The translations under genes and the position numbers were made by a program. A stretch of 63,702 nt of DNA, the filler included, from Choristocarpus tenellus KU-1152 (taxonomy: Eukaryota; Protista; Phaeophyceae): assembly GCA_964200185.2 (NCBI GenBank). It is 9 parts of 9 records of this genome, joined end to end, with 100 filler letters (N's around TTAATTAATTAA, not from the genome) between each part and the next. Parts side by side here need not be neighbours in the genome. Positions count along the whole stretch, not along the records: positions 20,107 to 28,247 come from CAXNAD020005090.1; positions 28,348 to 38,530 come from CAXNAD020003094.1; 7 more parts are not named here. The stretch is one strand, 5' to 3'. The notes below the pieces were generated by a model. The model saw only the letters and a list, made by a program, of their open reading frames with translations, did no database searches and was not told the DNA's origin. This document shows positions 25,429-38,400 of this stretch, in pieces. Positions within the stretch are counted from its first letter, which is position 1. Each line of letters starts with the position of its first letter.

Positions 25429-25703
25429 GAGTCAAAATATCTTCGAGGGTAGCGCCGTGTCCATTTGGGGGCCAAAATCCAATGCTGCAATTTTGATGTA
25501 ATTTTGGATTTCGTGTTTGTTAGGAAGTGTCAATATCCTTGTCCCGGACATACACATGATACATACTCCAAAACGCATACATTTTATCTACTCCAAAACA
25601 ATTTGGTGTAGGAAAATGTCATTAAAAAAAACCCATGGGAAGACAAGCCTCAAACGGACAAACAGGGCAAAATTCGTACCCTAACCCTAAGATACTTTCA
25701 CTC
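25429..25703. mobile_element. MITE family A (TIR carries CCCTAACCCTAA)
   Basis: GAGTCAAAATATCTTCGAGGGTA...TACCCTAACCCTAAGATACTTTCACTC; TSD imperfect. Confidence 0.9.
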
Positions 25704-26107
25704 ATTACAAGGCTCACATGAATTGACCACACCTGCAACCAGAATAATTCGCACAAAAGAAAAAGGGTCCAACTGCCAAACACAGGACACTTAAAAAATC
25801 GCTTCCTCATACCACCCACTTCAGTGTTGACCCCTTGAAGTGACTTCACACAAGTCTGCTCTACAATTTTTTGTTGAGGGATAATCCTAGGGATCACCTA
25901 GTTACAACTTCAGCAATAATAGGCCCCACACCCGACCCCTCTCCAAGTTCCCCACGTATTTCACCATCTCCCCTACATCATCCAAGTTGTCCTCGCTTCC
26001 ATTGACCTCTCCATCATTAGAAGGCTTATCTCCCAGGCCACCAACCCTGTCACAGCCTCGCAATTTCACCCCCATTGTGTTCAAACCCTTTCCAATTCTG
26101 AGCTGTT

Positions 26108-26369
26108 GAGTCAAAGTATCTTAGAGCATAGAGCCGGGTCCATTTTGGGGCCAGAATCAAATGTTGTGATTTTGACATAATTTTGGCTATATCGTGTTTG
26201 TTAGGAGTGTCAATCACCTTGTTCCAGACAGACATTTTCATGACGTATACATTTTACTTACTCCGAAATGTTTCGGAGTAGGTAAAATGTCATTAAAAAA
26301 ATCCGTGGGAAGCCAAGACACAAACGGACAAACAGGGCAAAAAATGTACCCTCTAAGATATTTTCACTC
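26108..26369. mobile_element. MITE family A
   Basis: Exact TSD TGTT on both sides; internal TACTCCGAAATGTTTCGGAGTA hairpin. Confidence 0.95.
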
Positions 26370-27300
26370 TGTTGTACCTCATTTGGAACACTCCTTTGAA
26401 AATCATGCTTTCCATAGAGAAGGCCACAAATAATCTTCTTAGCCCTGGCCTTGTCTTCCAATAAACAAGTATACTTTGCAGCTAGCTGCCCATGGATAGA
26501 GCAACTTGAAAAGGTTTTCCAATGCACTTGTCAATAAGATAACCGCCCCCAAGCTACCATTCCAGTATTCATCCTTCACAGCTGCTTCTACCTGAAGCTC
26601 TTCTTGATGGTGCAATGATCCAATAGCAGCGAACCGCCTTCCTGATGTTTGATCGAGTGCTAAAGCACCCACAAGGTTACAATCGGTTACACACTAGGAC
26701 CCCTGCACTAGATTATCATAACAATAGTTGTAGAAAAAGAAACAATAACACAGATTAAGCAATGGAACTTCTGGATGGTCGTAGTGTGCCCAGTTCCGAT
26801 TTTGTCGTCGTTTGAGGTACAGTGACTTAAGAACACACACACACGAGTACAGAAAAAAATGTGATGAAAAATGCTTCAATATTTTGTTGATAGAAATTCA
26901 AGATAATTATTGTCAACACACCTGGGAAAAACGCAAGATCTCAAGTGCCAGCCAACGTTTGAGCGTCAACGTAATTGTTGTTGGAACATTGTGAAGTCAT
27001 TCCTAGATCAAGATCGGAGATACAGCGGTGAAAAGGAATATTTAGATCAACAGAAAGTGCTGCAGGCCAGAATAAGTCTATGAGATTTCCATGGTTTGCT
27101 TCATCTCCAACCACCCTTACGCTGTCAATACTACTCAGGGGGGCGAATTTAGGGGTTTCTGGAGCCGGTCTCCAAGAGCCTTAGAAACGTTACCCCTTTA
27201 ATATATGACGCTCATGAATCAGTCACAATTTCTTATCCTCTTGTCGATAACCCTCCACCGCTAGTTTGCAGATAGGTGTGGTGATGTACAGGTAGATTCT

Positions 27301-27382
27301 AACGACGTTGCAGAGTGGTCAAATGCGCCGGTTTCAAGCACCGGTCCCTCAGGGTTCGCGAGTTCAAACCTCGCCGTCGTTA
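27301..27382 (+). tRNA. tRNA-Leu(CAA), intronless
   Basis: Acceptor stem AACGACG/CGTCGTT; D arm GCA/TGC with GG; anticodon stem CCGGT/ACCGG with loop TTCAAGC; long variable arm; T arm GCGAG-TTCAAAC-CTCGC; discriminator A; T-run Pol III terminator immediately downstream. Confidence 0.93.
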
Positions 27383-27750
27383 ATTTTTTTATGATTGGTT
27401 GTCTTAAGACGTAGACTTAGTACCACCTTCATCTATTATTTTGCCGCGTTCAAATCCCCAAGTCGCTACAATGAACTAGGATCGTTTAGCAAGCGTCGGT
27501 GTGGCATGGCGGGTTGCTCAGTTAACATCATTCAGAACACGTTTTAGTCGGTAGGTGCAATGCCCTGCATCACACGCTAATTTCAAGGTACTATGAAACA
27601 GAAGTACTTTGTTTTGCTCACGAATTCTGGATTATTATTATAATTAGCTTATTCCTTGTTTGTCATTCCCCTATTCTCCATCCCCCACATTTGATGACCA
27701 ACCAGTGCGAATCCCCTTCACCCCTAATTTCCAGTCACCCCCCCAACCTT

Positions 27751-27864
27751 TCAACCCCACACAAGTTACCACTCCCCTCAACCCCACAGCAGTTCCCCCA
27801 CACCACTCAACACCACTCCACAATCATCCAAGAACACCCCTTCATGATCCACTTCAAACCGTGC
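27751..27864. repeat. Dispersed repeat shared with 42512-42603
   Basis: TCCCCCACACCACTCAACACCACTCCACAATCATC.AAGAACACCC..TCAT.ATCCACTTCA.ACCGTGC occurs on two different contigs. Confidence 0.8.
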
Positions 27865-28247
27865 CTTTGAGCTAGAAGACATCTACCCCGCCGGAACTTG
27901 ACCTCTCTCCCCCTTACCCAGTGTTCCCGTCATTTGTGAGCAAGCGACAGGGTGGGTGGGCGGGAGAGCTTGCTCGGAGGTTGCCTTGATCTCCCCTCCT
28001 CGTCCTGTACCCTTGGTTGTCATCCCTCTTATTACTTACTGAACGCTGCTCCTACCCTCTTCCTACCACTCGTTTCCATTTAACTCTTCTCCCCTTCCTT
28101 AACTATTCGTTCTCTTCCTGTTTCCTTCTTTTTTTCTCCACTTCCCTTTCCTATGCCCCCAGCCAACCAGAATTCTTCCGCCCACAAAACTCAGATTACT
28201 TCAGGGTCAAAGTATCTAGGGGGGGGGGGAAGACGAGGCCGTGCATC

Positions 28248-28347
28248 NNNNNNNNNNNNNNNNNNNNNNNNNNNNNNNNNNNNNNNNNNNNTTAATTAAT
28301 TAANNNNNNNNNNNNNNNNNNNNNNNNNNNNNNNNNNNNNNNNNNNN
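28248..28347. other. Artificial contig linker
   Basis: N44-TTAATTAATTAA-N44, preceded by a family C terminus at 28204. Confidence 0.97.
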
Positions 28348-28603
28348 GGGTGTGTGGGGGGGGGGGGGGGGGGGGTGCTGGCGTCCGTTTTTCACCCTTT
28401 TTTCGATTTTCACTTTTGGGTATGGTTTGGTCACACGTGTCGGATTTGAAATGTGGGCAAAAAAATGAAGACTGTTGGTTAGGTTCCCTTCTGTCCTTGC
28501 GTACGCAAGAGGAATGCGAATAGATGCCACCATTTATTTGGGTCTGGTTAGGAGTTTCGACGTTTGCATGTGTCGGATTTCGAATCTGTTCCAACAAACT
28601 TTA

Positions 28604-28858
28604 GAGCCAAAGTATATTAGAGAGTACAGTTGGAGGCCAAAATCCAATGTTGTAATTTTGATGTAATTTTGGCTATCATGTTAGGAAATAATGTCAATAT
28701 CCTTGTTCTGGACACCTTTTTTTCGTAACATGCACATTTTACCTACTCCGAAACATTTTGGAGTAGGTAAAACGTCATTAAGAACCCGTGGGAAGCCAAG
28801 CCCCAAATAATGGACAAACAGGGAATAAATTGTACCCTCTAAGTAAGATACTTTCACG
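28604..28858. mobile_element. MITE family A, degenerate
   Basis: GAGCCAAAGTATATTAGAGAGTA...TACCCTCTAAGTAAGATACTTTCAC. Confidence 0.85.
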
Positions 28859-31021
28859 CAAGGGCTTGCGTGTAATATTCTCCCCGTCGCTTCCTGACCC
28901 ACCCTTATTCTCCATCTTCACCACCAGCTCAGGTCGAATTTGCTCTTCCTCAAGCGCAACACAGCTCAAGTCAATCCTGCTGTTTTGTGGGTATTATGCC
29001 ACTCCTTCCCTTCCTTGCTTGCTTAGTCAATGAGACACTCCCCTGTTGCTGTGTCTGCAGAGTGGTATGGTAGTATTGTGTACAGTAGTGTGGGTTATTG
29101 AGTGACAAATATACTTTAGTAATGTAATACTAGTGAAAGTAAAAAGAGAGTGGTATGAACTTATACAACACTATTGTACAGCCTACATCATAAAACGACA
29201 GTTGTGGAAGAGAACTACGAACTATAATCTGAATGACACACACTCTTGGCCTGCAATGAGATCTCTTCGGCCTCGGCGATCGCATGGTTGGCGCGAGGGG
29301 CCTAAACCTGATCATCATCACGGAGACGATCCAGGGCTTCTGCCATCAGGTACTCGAATTCGTTGAGGTACCGATACTTCAACATATAACTTGAATTGGG
29401 AGAAAGAGAGTAAGGACAACTCTTAACGCCAGTTATACACAAGATGATAGTACTAACATGTTGTCGTCGCCTGCCGCCACAGCATATCAATTAATTCGTC
29501 CCGCGAGGGAGGGAAAAAACGGAACCCACAACATGCAGTGGAACTCAATTTAACTGGGTCGCTTCCCACCTCTGTAAAAATCGATATTATCACCAGACTG
29601 ATACTATGTGAAAGCATCCAAGACAGCCTTGGTCCCCTCAGGCTTCATCTGTGGGTTCCCTACTTCAAATGGGGACCTGTACGGTGGACAGTTATATGTT
29701 GCTTCGGTCGCAACGGGTCGTCAGGCTACTGCCCTTGCAGCTTCCTGCGCTCGCTGGGGGGAAGGTCCCTTGGGCAGGGAACAGATAGCGGTCCCAGTTT
29801 GCAAGAGGAAGTACCAGCCCTTTCGGGACAGGTTAATGCAGGATGCTGGAGTAGAGGAACATTCTGGGAAGAAAACATTGAGCAAACATAAGCGAGGTCG
29901 TCAATTGGAGCCAGCCATACTAAGAGAGAAGATGTACGGGTGTCACCTACACCATGCTAAGAGAAAGGCTTTGTTAGATCGACATGGCCCACGAGACGGG
30001 TGGGAGAGTTTTGATCAGTGGACTGTTGAAGAGGGAGAAACCAACTGCCTGCCAAGTCCGTCCCAGGATGACTCCCTCTTGTGTTCACTAGAGAACCCAC
30101 CAGTGACTAGGGCTATCAGGTCAACATCAGTAGAGGGAAGGCACCTGAGGAAGAAAATTATGAAAGTGTATGAACAGAAAGTCGAGAGTAACCACTAAGG
30201 CATCTTCCCTTAGGGAAGGTAGTGCAATTAGGTTGTCTTACCATGACAAGGGCTTCCACTGCTAGACCAACCTCACGGACAAGAGGGGAATTGCATGTAT
30301 TTTCTCTATCAAAAAGTACATCATAGGCAAGGAGTCACATATTCTGTACAATCATATTATACTTCCCAAGTAATGGGAAAGGCGTGAGAGGCGAGAATGA
30401 CCTGAGGCATCAGAAATCCTGAAGAAGGCCTTGAGCTTTGGTGATATCGCTCAACCACTCCCATCCAGTGTTAGTCAGTGTTGTTCGCATATCCAGGTGC
30501 AGCTTCCACGTTCAGTGGTAGTTGGAAGTACTACGCAGCAGCAAGTAGTCCTATTAATAATAATAATGTGCAACACATCTAGGAATGACTCCATCTGTTT
30601 ATTTCTCTCTTACATGATTGCTTCAGGGCCAAACCAATCGAGAGGTGGGTTGGTTTGGACTCTTTTACATTCCAAGTCATCTTTCTTACTCTGTGCAATG
30701 AACCCTATTTCACTGCTTAATGTGCACAATAGTGTATGCAAAATCAATATCCCCTTTCCACACACACACAAAGTTACACCACAATTGAGTAAAGGCTCTT
30801 TCTCCAATAATAGTGTAAAGCGTGATCTCTTTGCCCTTTATCGTGATCCTAAAAATGCAACCCTGCTTACCTCACTTTTTGTTTCACTCTTCATTGCGGG
30901 TAACACCCACCAACCTGCCCTCCAAACTCCTATGTCCTCTTTAGTTTGCTGGAGCCCCTTGACCTACATGATGTGCACATGAGCTACTGCTGCTCATAGC
31001 ACACAAGGACCACTGTTTCTT

Positions 31022-31361
31022 GAGCCAAAGTATCTTAGAGGGTAGAGCCGCGTCCATTTGGGGGTCAAAATATAATGTTGTGATTTTGATAAAATTTTGG
31101 CTATCGTATTTGTTAGGAAGTGCCCGTATCTATGTTTCGGACACACCTTTCATAACGTATACATTTTACCAACTCCGAAACATTTTGGAGTCGTAAAATG
31201 TCATTAAAAAACCCATGGGAAGCCAAGCCTCACAAATGTATACATTTTGCCTACTCCAAAACATTTTGGAATCAGAAAATGTTATAAAAAACCCATGGGA
31301 AGCCAAGCACCACAAATGGACAAACAGGGAAAAAATCGTACCTTCTAAGATAGTTTCACTC
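31022..31361. mobile_element. MITE family A with an internal ~80-bp tandem duplication
   Basis: Exact TSD TCTT; segment GTATACATTTT...CCCATGGGAAGCCAAGC..CACAAATG is present twice. Confidence 0.95.
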
Positions 31362-32451
31362 TCTTACTAAGGGGGAGGTGGTAGCCTTCAACCAATCCAG
31401 ATCAAGCACAGGTGGTGTGCTATGATTTCCGTTTCTTGTAGCTTTAATTGTATCTAGATTGGACATATTGATCGATGATTGGGAGCCTTTGCCCTCACTG
31501 TTTTCTTGATGCCATATCATTTGTTTGTCTAGACCTCCCAATGAACACAACAACTACTCGAACAGTAGTAACTCATACAGCCTAAGTGAAATGAGGTAAA
31601 CAATGATGCAGGCATGCATGACTGAAGCCCTTTACTACAATCTGTGCAGGTACATCGTGAGCAGTGTGCAGGATGTCCATCATACCATCTGATAGGCAGG
31701 AGACAAGGCAACACAGAAAATATTGTAGCGATCCAGGATAAGGTGATACTCCTACGACGATACTCTTGTGATAGTCATAATATTTACGTATATTATTACC
31801 TCCTAAGTATTCATTTTGTATCATAAAGCTAACACAAAATACACATGAAACCTCCCTCAGCTATCTATCCTTTACGTATGGATCAAAATATTTACTGAAG
31901 CGACTTCTCATACAGATCCTCTCCCCTACCTGTACAATCATTAACGCCTTTCAGTTAGGTCCGTACCATTGTTGTACGGATAATAGTTACTCAATGCCCT
32001 CAAGGGCATTATCATGACATCCATCCATGCCCTCAACGACTCTCAACCAACCTTACCTTGTCCGTGCACGTCTAGCATGTTCATCCCCCTACCACTGCTA
32101 TGTAGAGAGTACAAACTAACGGAAATGCACACAATAAAAAACTCTACAGCAAAAGTCAGTACTACAATGCAGAAGAACAAAAATTGTAGGTGAGAGGCAC
32201 CACCAACACACCTAACTCACTCAACAACTTGAAACACTTCTGAACTAACGCCTCATTATGCTTGCTGCTTTCAACCACGCAAAATACTTTTCTCCACCTT
32301 GGCAGGCAATGCTTGCATCGGTACCATCCTCTCCTTGCACTGAAAGAGAAAAACTCACCAATCCCCAAGCAACACTGAGATAGCAATAACACACAGCGAC
32401 TTATCTCCCACATCTCACAACCTCTGCTTGTCGCCCCACCACCTACCTTTC

Positions 32452-35400
32452 TTAATTGTACTCACGCAGAGGACGAGGTTTTGCCCTGACAACTTCCGCC
32501 GTGACAATACCCGCCTTCCTCCTCCCTGCACAAGCATGAACAACCTCCTCCCTCACCCCATCACTCTCAATACGGACTTGAACATTTTCCTCCCCCCTCC
32601 CTACTCCAACCTTGGCCTTCTCATGTCTCTTCCTTGCAGCCTCTGTCTTCTCCTTCCTAACTCTCCTCCTCGCCGCAGGAGCTGTCTCCCTCTCCTCCAC
32701 CACTCCCACAGATTTCTCACCCCCTCCAGACTTGGACCCACTCCTTTCTCGATCAGCCAATTTCTCCGTGTCATTAAGAACACCACCACTTCCCTCACCA
32801 TCCTCCCATTCCACCTCCCCCCCTTCCTCCTCCTCACTTTCATCTTCTATCACCCTTGGCCTAGACCCTTTCTTCCTCTTTCCAGTTCCCTCCCTCTCCC
32901 TCTTCTTCAGGTTCACAACATCATCCTCATCGCTGTCGCTATCCTCAACATACCTCTTTTTACGTTGCCCCTTCATCTCTACACCCACCACCCCACTACT
33001 CTCGAACTCCTCCACTTCGTGCTCCTCCTCCTCCTCCACTCCATCCTCCTCTTCTCCACCCTCTTTGTTGCTCTCTATCACAGTCTGTGCCTTAGCTCCA
33101 CTCCTTGCCTTCACATTCTCCTGTACAATATTCTTTTGTCTCACATTGACAACACTATTTTGCACCACCTCCTCCTCCTCCTCCTCCTCCTCTTCCCGGC
33201 TTTCATCAACATACTTGGGCTTCACCTTCTTACCTTGAACCTCTCTTGTCCTTCCTCCCTTTTTCTTCCTCTCTAGCACTGACATCTCTTCCTTCACCAT
33301 CTCATCCTCCTCCTCGCCAGCCTCATTGGAAGAACCAGAATCGCTCTCACTAAGGATTGCCCTCACAACCTGGTCATATCCGGAAAGAATTTCATGGGGA
33401 GAACGGGTGTGTTACCAGAACATGTTGAAGTGTCTCAAGGCATCCTCCACGATGACACCCAATTGCTCACAAGCACTACCATATACAAGCATACTAAAAG
33501 GGAGGGAGTCTCTTCAAGCCTTCTTAAGTTTTGCACAAGGAACACAAGTACCACTATGATCAAACCAGGGCGGCATTAGCACCACTGTGTGAAGCAGCAT
33601 GGGCTACGTGATGATTGTCCACTCTGTCACGGCATGATGTCCATCCTTCTGGGACCTCTTATTCAAACCATCACCACCCTTTTAAGCAGCTGATATTCCA
33701 TACACCAAGTACATAAAAAAGTATGTATGTCCAGACCAATTTTGATGTTTGCGGATTAATCAAGGTACAGTACTTCATTTCCATTTCACAACAAATCCGG
33801 ACAACACCAACTAACCCCTGTTTACCCAACACAATGATGCACAATAAAAAGAACAAGAGGAAATCGAGAGGTGAGAGGATTCAAAATTTTGAATGTTCTT
33901 GCATCACATTTTCACGTACAAATCCCTCAAAGGAAAGAGTCCCCGACTGTATCATGATATCCTTCCTAGATGATCCCTTCACACTTTGCCTCCTCAACAC
34001 CAGAAGGTACTGCAGTTTTCCCCGTCAACACATTCTGAATGATAGAGGGTGCCTTCCCCCCCCCCCCTGCTAAAGTACTGCATTTAAAGTTTCCGCATTT
34101 CAATACAATTTCTGCACTCATTCCTCCAACCCTAACCCTTCACCTAGAATACAGTACATTTTTTTTTAGAATATACCACAAATAGAAGGTGTAACACACA
34201 CTATATTAACATTTGGAACTACAAATGCTCACCGACTCTCAGGGCCATTCTCATAACAAAAAAATCTATTAAATAAATGCATTGTTCACCATTTTAGCAA
34301 AGAATAATTATTATTATTCCAAAAAACACTAAAATAATTGTCGACAATTCATTTAAAAAAAGAAAACATGAACTGTACAGGCGTCCCCCGATTTTAATCA
34401 GTTTCCATTTCCTGCTAGATGAGATCCGCATTCTCCTTGCCCACAAGAACCGCTGCCGCACCGTCCTCTTTTTCACCCCAGTGACCTCCTCCCCCCCACA
34501 CCACAACAACAAACAAACCATCAGACAAACACACCTTCTTGCCACCAACCCTGGGCTGGTTGCCCTTCTTGACACCACCACCCCCTTCCACTTCTCCTCC
34601 CATAGAGCTCCTAGAACAAGTGCTGGCAGAAGTCGACGGGGTAGTAGAGGACGAAATCCGAGAGGCCCTCCGTCCTCCCTGACTGACCCTCTTGTCTGAA
34701 ATACTCTTGGCCCTCTTTCCTGAAACGCTCTTGGCCCTCTTGTCTGAAATACTCTTGGCCCTCTTTCCTGAAACGCTCTTGGCCCTCTTGCCTGAAATAC
34801 TCTTGGCCCTCTTGGCTCGTTCAGCAGCATCCTCATCCTCCGCCCCACCTTCATGACACTGTGTAGACAGGCGTGGCGTAGGTCAGGACCAAACTTTGAT
34901 AGCAGAGTCAAGAGGGATGGTATTCCTTGCCAGAAGGACAGCAGCTGATTGGTTGAAGAGTATATGTTTACAAGAGATAAAAAAAAAACATTTTTTTTTA
35001 CTGCGATAGGAAGGAGGTGGATGCACCTTAAGGGTAGGCTGTTGGACGATGCTCAACTAGGGAGTCAACACAAAGTATGACACTGGTAGAGGTAAGGAGA
35101 GTAACTAACCAAAAAACATTCAATATAGGACTGCTAGGGTTTTGCTGCAGTGGATATGTTACCGGCCAGTTCAGAGGGATAAAAATATAAATTATAGTCC
35201 CAAGTTGCACCTGTCCTCCGTTTTGACAAAAAAAGGAGTTTGGTGGGTCAGTGTGATAGTAGGAGGTACAGCAATCACAACAAAAGCTGAATCCATCATG
35301 CCATGTTCACTTTCACAATGTATTCACATTCATAATGCATTCTCATTCTCTAACTGTTCACCAAGACACAATCACAACTTCGACATGATACGAGCTACCA

Positions 35401-38400
35401 GCCAACCTTCATCCAACCATAGCGGTCTTATCTTATGGAGAGGACAGCAATAATCCTAACCCTAACCCTAACCCTAAAAATACATGCTATGAACCCTAAC
35501 CCTATGGACGGTATCCATTCACCACTCCAACAGAAGAGATCACCAGGGGCTTAAAAGCACACTAGACAAACAAGCAAATGAGACAGAAAATTAGATGAAG
35601 TTAATTTCAAATAAATTTCAAATAAAGTTCAAATAAACTTCTAGTGGACAGCGCAACTCGTGAGTTCAGGAAAAAAACACTTTATTTGAACAATAAACCA
35701 TATTATAGGTTCACCTCAACAAAGATCAGACCGGGATAGTGAAACAGCAACAGGAGAGCCAGTCTGTCCATCTCACGTAGACAGACAAGCGCCTTCAAAA
35801 TGTAGCAATAGCACCTCCACTTCCCCCGTTTAATCACCCCAAAACACACCATCCATCCACCACAACAAAAGCCTTTGACTACATTAAAACCTTGATCAAC
35901 CAACCGCTCGAACAAACACCCCTCTAGACTATACCCTGAGACTTCTACATCACAAGTCAACACCAGTAAAGAGATACAATCACAATTTGCCCTCAAAGTC
36001 CTTAAATTAATGCTACCACAATTATATCATACCTGTACTACAAATAATAGCAAAAGAGAGGGAGGCTGTTACCATATGCCACAGTACTCACCCCCCCTCA
36101 AGTCCCCCCCCCCAACCGCCTCTCATTCTATCAAAAGCAATACTACATGTCCCCTCCTTGAGCCAGCCAGGCTCTTTCTTTACCTCCTTGAGTTTGACAT
36201 GCAGTTCATCACAAGCCTTCTTAGTCTCAGCGCTGCAGAATGCTTTGGCTCTTGAGAGCAACGCCATGAAATTCTCATAGACATCCTTATCGTGTAAAGT
36301 GTGCTTGAAGACAGCAACCAGTTCTGTTACCTTTGCTAAACCTTTGTCAGTCACCTTTTGACCCAGTCAGGCAGGCATGTATCCACGACCATGACAAACG
36401 GAGTAGGGACACGTGAAGTCATGGACCGTGATCACATCATTGTCATTTGCACCCAGACATCGATATGTTCGTCAAAAACATGTGCTTATCATCAGCAATA
36501 CTCAACATTGACGCAGAGTCATCACTAACCAATCAAAATCATGCGTCAGCTGCGAGAGGTTCCTGCTTCAGAATCTGACTCCGAATATCCCAAAATGGGC
36601 GGCATATTAGGGTTAGGGAGGATATACCAAAGCCAAAAAAGATTAAGACATTCAGATTCCTCATCTCAACCACATACTAGTAGAAGATAGGCGCCCTACT
36701 CCACTACAAAACCCAGTCAACAACGTGACCTTTTCTAAACACATAATCCCTCCTCTTTCACCAAAAACTACCCTCACTACACCTTCTTACCCTCGTGATT
36801 GAAATGCAAAACGATACCGCCCGCATCTGATGGCAACCCTCAGATTCACCCAGCCGTTTGCATAGCTTCTCAATGAGAGCATCTGCCAGCTGTGACTTCC
36901 CCTTCTCCAGGAACTTGAAAAGAAAGCCTTGAAAAAAAACAAAAACAGGCATGAAAGACCCAGACACCACCAGAAGGAATGAGTAGAGTTATGGCGGAAC
37001 AGTAACTTAACGGCATGCCTCATGTATTTATTTATTTATTGCCTACAACTGCTTGATAATAATAATTAAAAAAAGTTCACACACCAATGACTACTTGCCA
37101 CTGTTGATACAGTCTCACAACCTATTCCAACTCTGGACCTATTTCAAAAATATAAAAAAAGTAACTTTGACCATAAAAATGAGATGTACACAAAGCAGCC
37201 CCTACCCATCCTAAACAACCCCCTATCACAGGAGAGACAGGGGGCATAGAAGAAGTCACAGGCAAAGGTACATGCATACACACACACGCACGCACATCCT
37301 TCCCAACGATTAGCAACACCCTCGCTATGTATCTGCTGCCTAAAACCTACCCACGATTGTCTTGAAGTCATCAGGGCTCACATCCGCATCTTGACTAAGC
37401 CGTCCTACAATGTCTGGAAGCACATTGTAGATGAGATTAGCGCCACGCTTTAGACCAGGTGCCCATTTTGGTGGGAGAGTGCAGGGTTTGGAGGGAAGGG
37501 CAAAGGATGGGCGGCATCAGTATTTCCAAAAGGTAGGCCAATGGACCCCCAAACAATCCAAACAAAACAACATCACCCCTCCATATGAGGTACTATCCTC
37601 CCTACCACATACTTCAAAGTCCATGTATGTAAGCCCATTGCCCTGCTTGTGCTTGTGCTCATCCTTACCTTGGAGTACTCACTGAAAAAGTGCTTGGCCA
37701 TGTGCTGAATGCGTGGCTCCTTGTCCACAATGCATGCTGCCAGTTCACTCACTTGCCCCTTCACCTGAGGAGGATTAGTGACACGCTCAATAATGATGAA
37801 ACACTTTCACCTAAACAATCCTCACATAAAATATAAAATAAACATCAGGGAAGGTGGCAAAAACATTGTGTGCCAAAGTCAAAGCCCATCCCAACAATGC
37901 GGTCTCGGTGATACTATAAATCAACTCCACTCCAGGCCACACACCTAAATACTGCAGCCCTACCACCCCTCCCCATGCAACAGTCACCAACAACTCAGGT
38001 GGCATCCTACCAATGGCAGCACATGAGTACAAGTACAAGATTTAGGCACGCAGCACCCGGCCGAGGACCAACCTATTACCTCCCTCAAACTGCTTGAATA
38101 AAACGTACTCTATCACCACCATTTAATCTTCTCATGCTACTTCCACCCATGTATCCCAAGCAGTTAACCATACTCACAGCAGAGCCTATGTATGAGCAAA
38201 CACAAGAGACCCATAGCAAAAACTTTCCAACCAGTGACAAGTCGCTCTCCCCACCAACCCCTCCCCAATTTCCTCTCACCTTGACCATGTCATTGAGGAT
38301 GAGGTGTGTCAACACCATGATGGCATTTGCACGCACCCTAGCTGTTCCATCACGCAATCGAGCATATATCCTATCGTTCCATGGTTCAACCTCATTGGGG

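Noticed and set aside
27327-27343. Reading the tRNA anticodon as TCA (Sec or suppressor)
   Set aside because: The 5-bp stem CCGGT/ACCGG fixes the loop as TTCAAGC with anticodon CAA, and the arm lengths are Leu-type.
32428-33276. Long plus-strand ORFs (282 aa, 208 aa)
   Set aside because: Antisense shadows of the Glu-rich final NCAPD2 exon.
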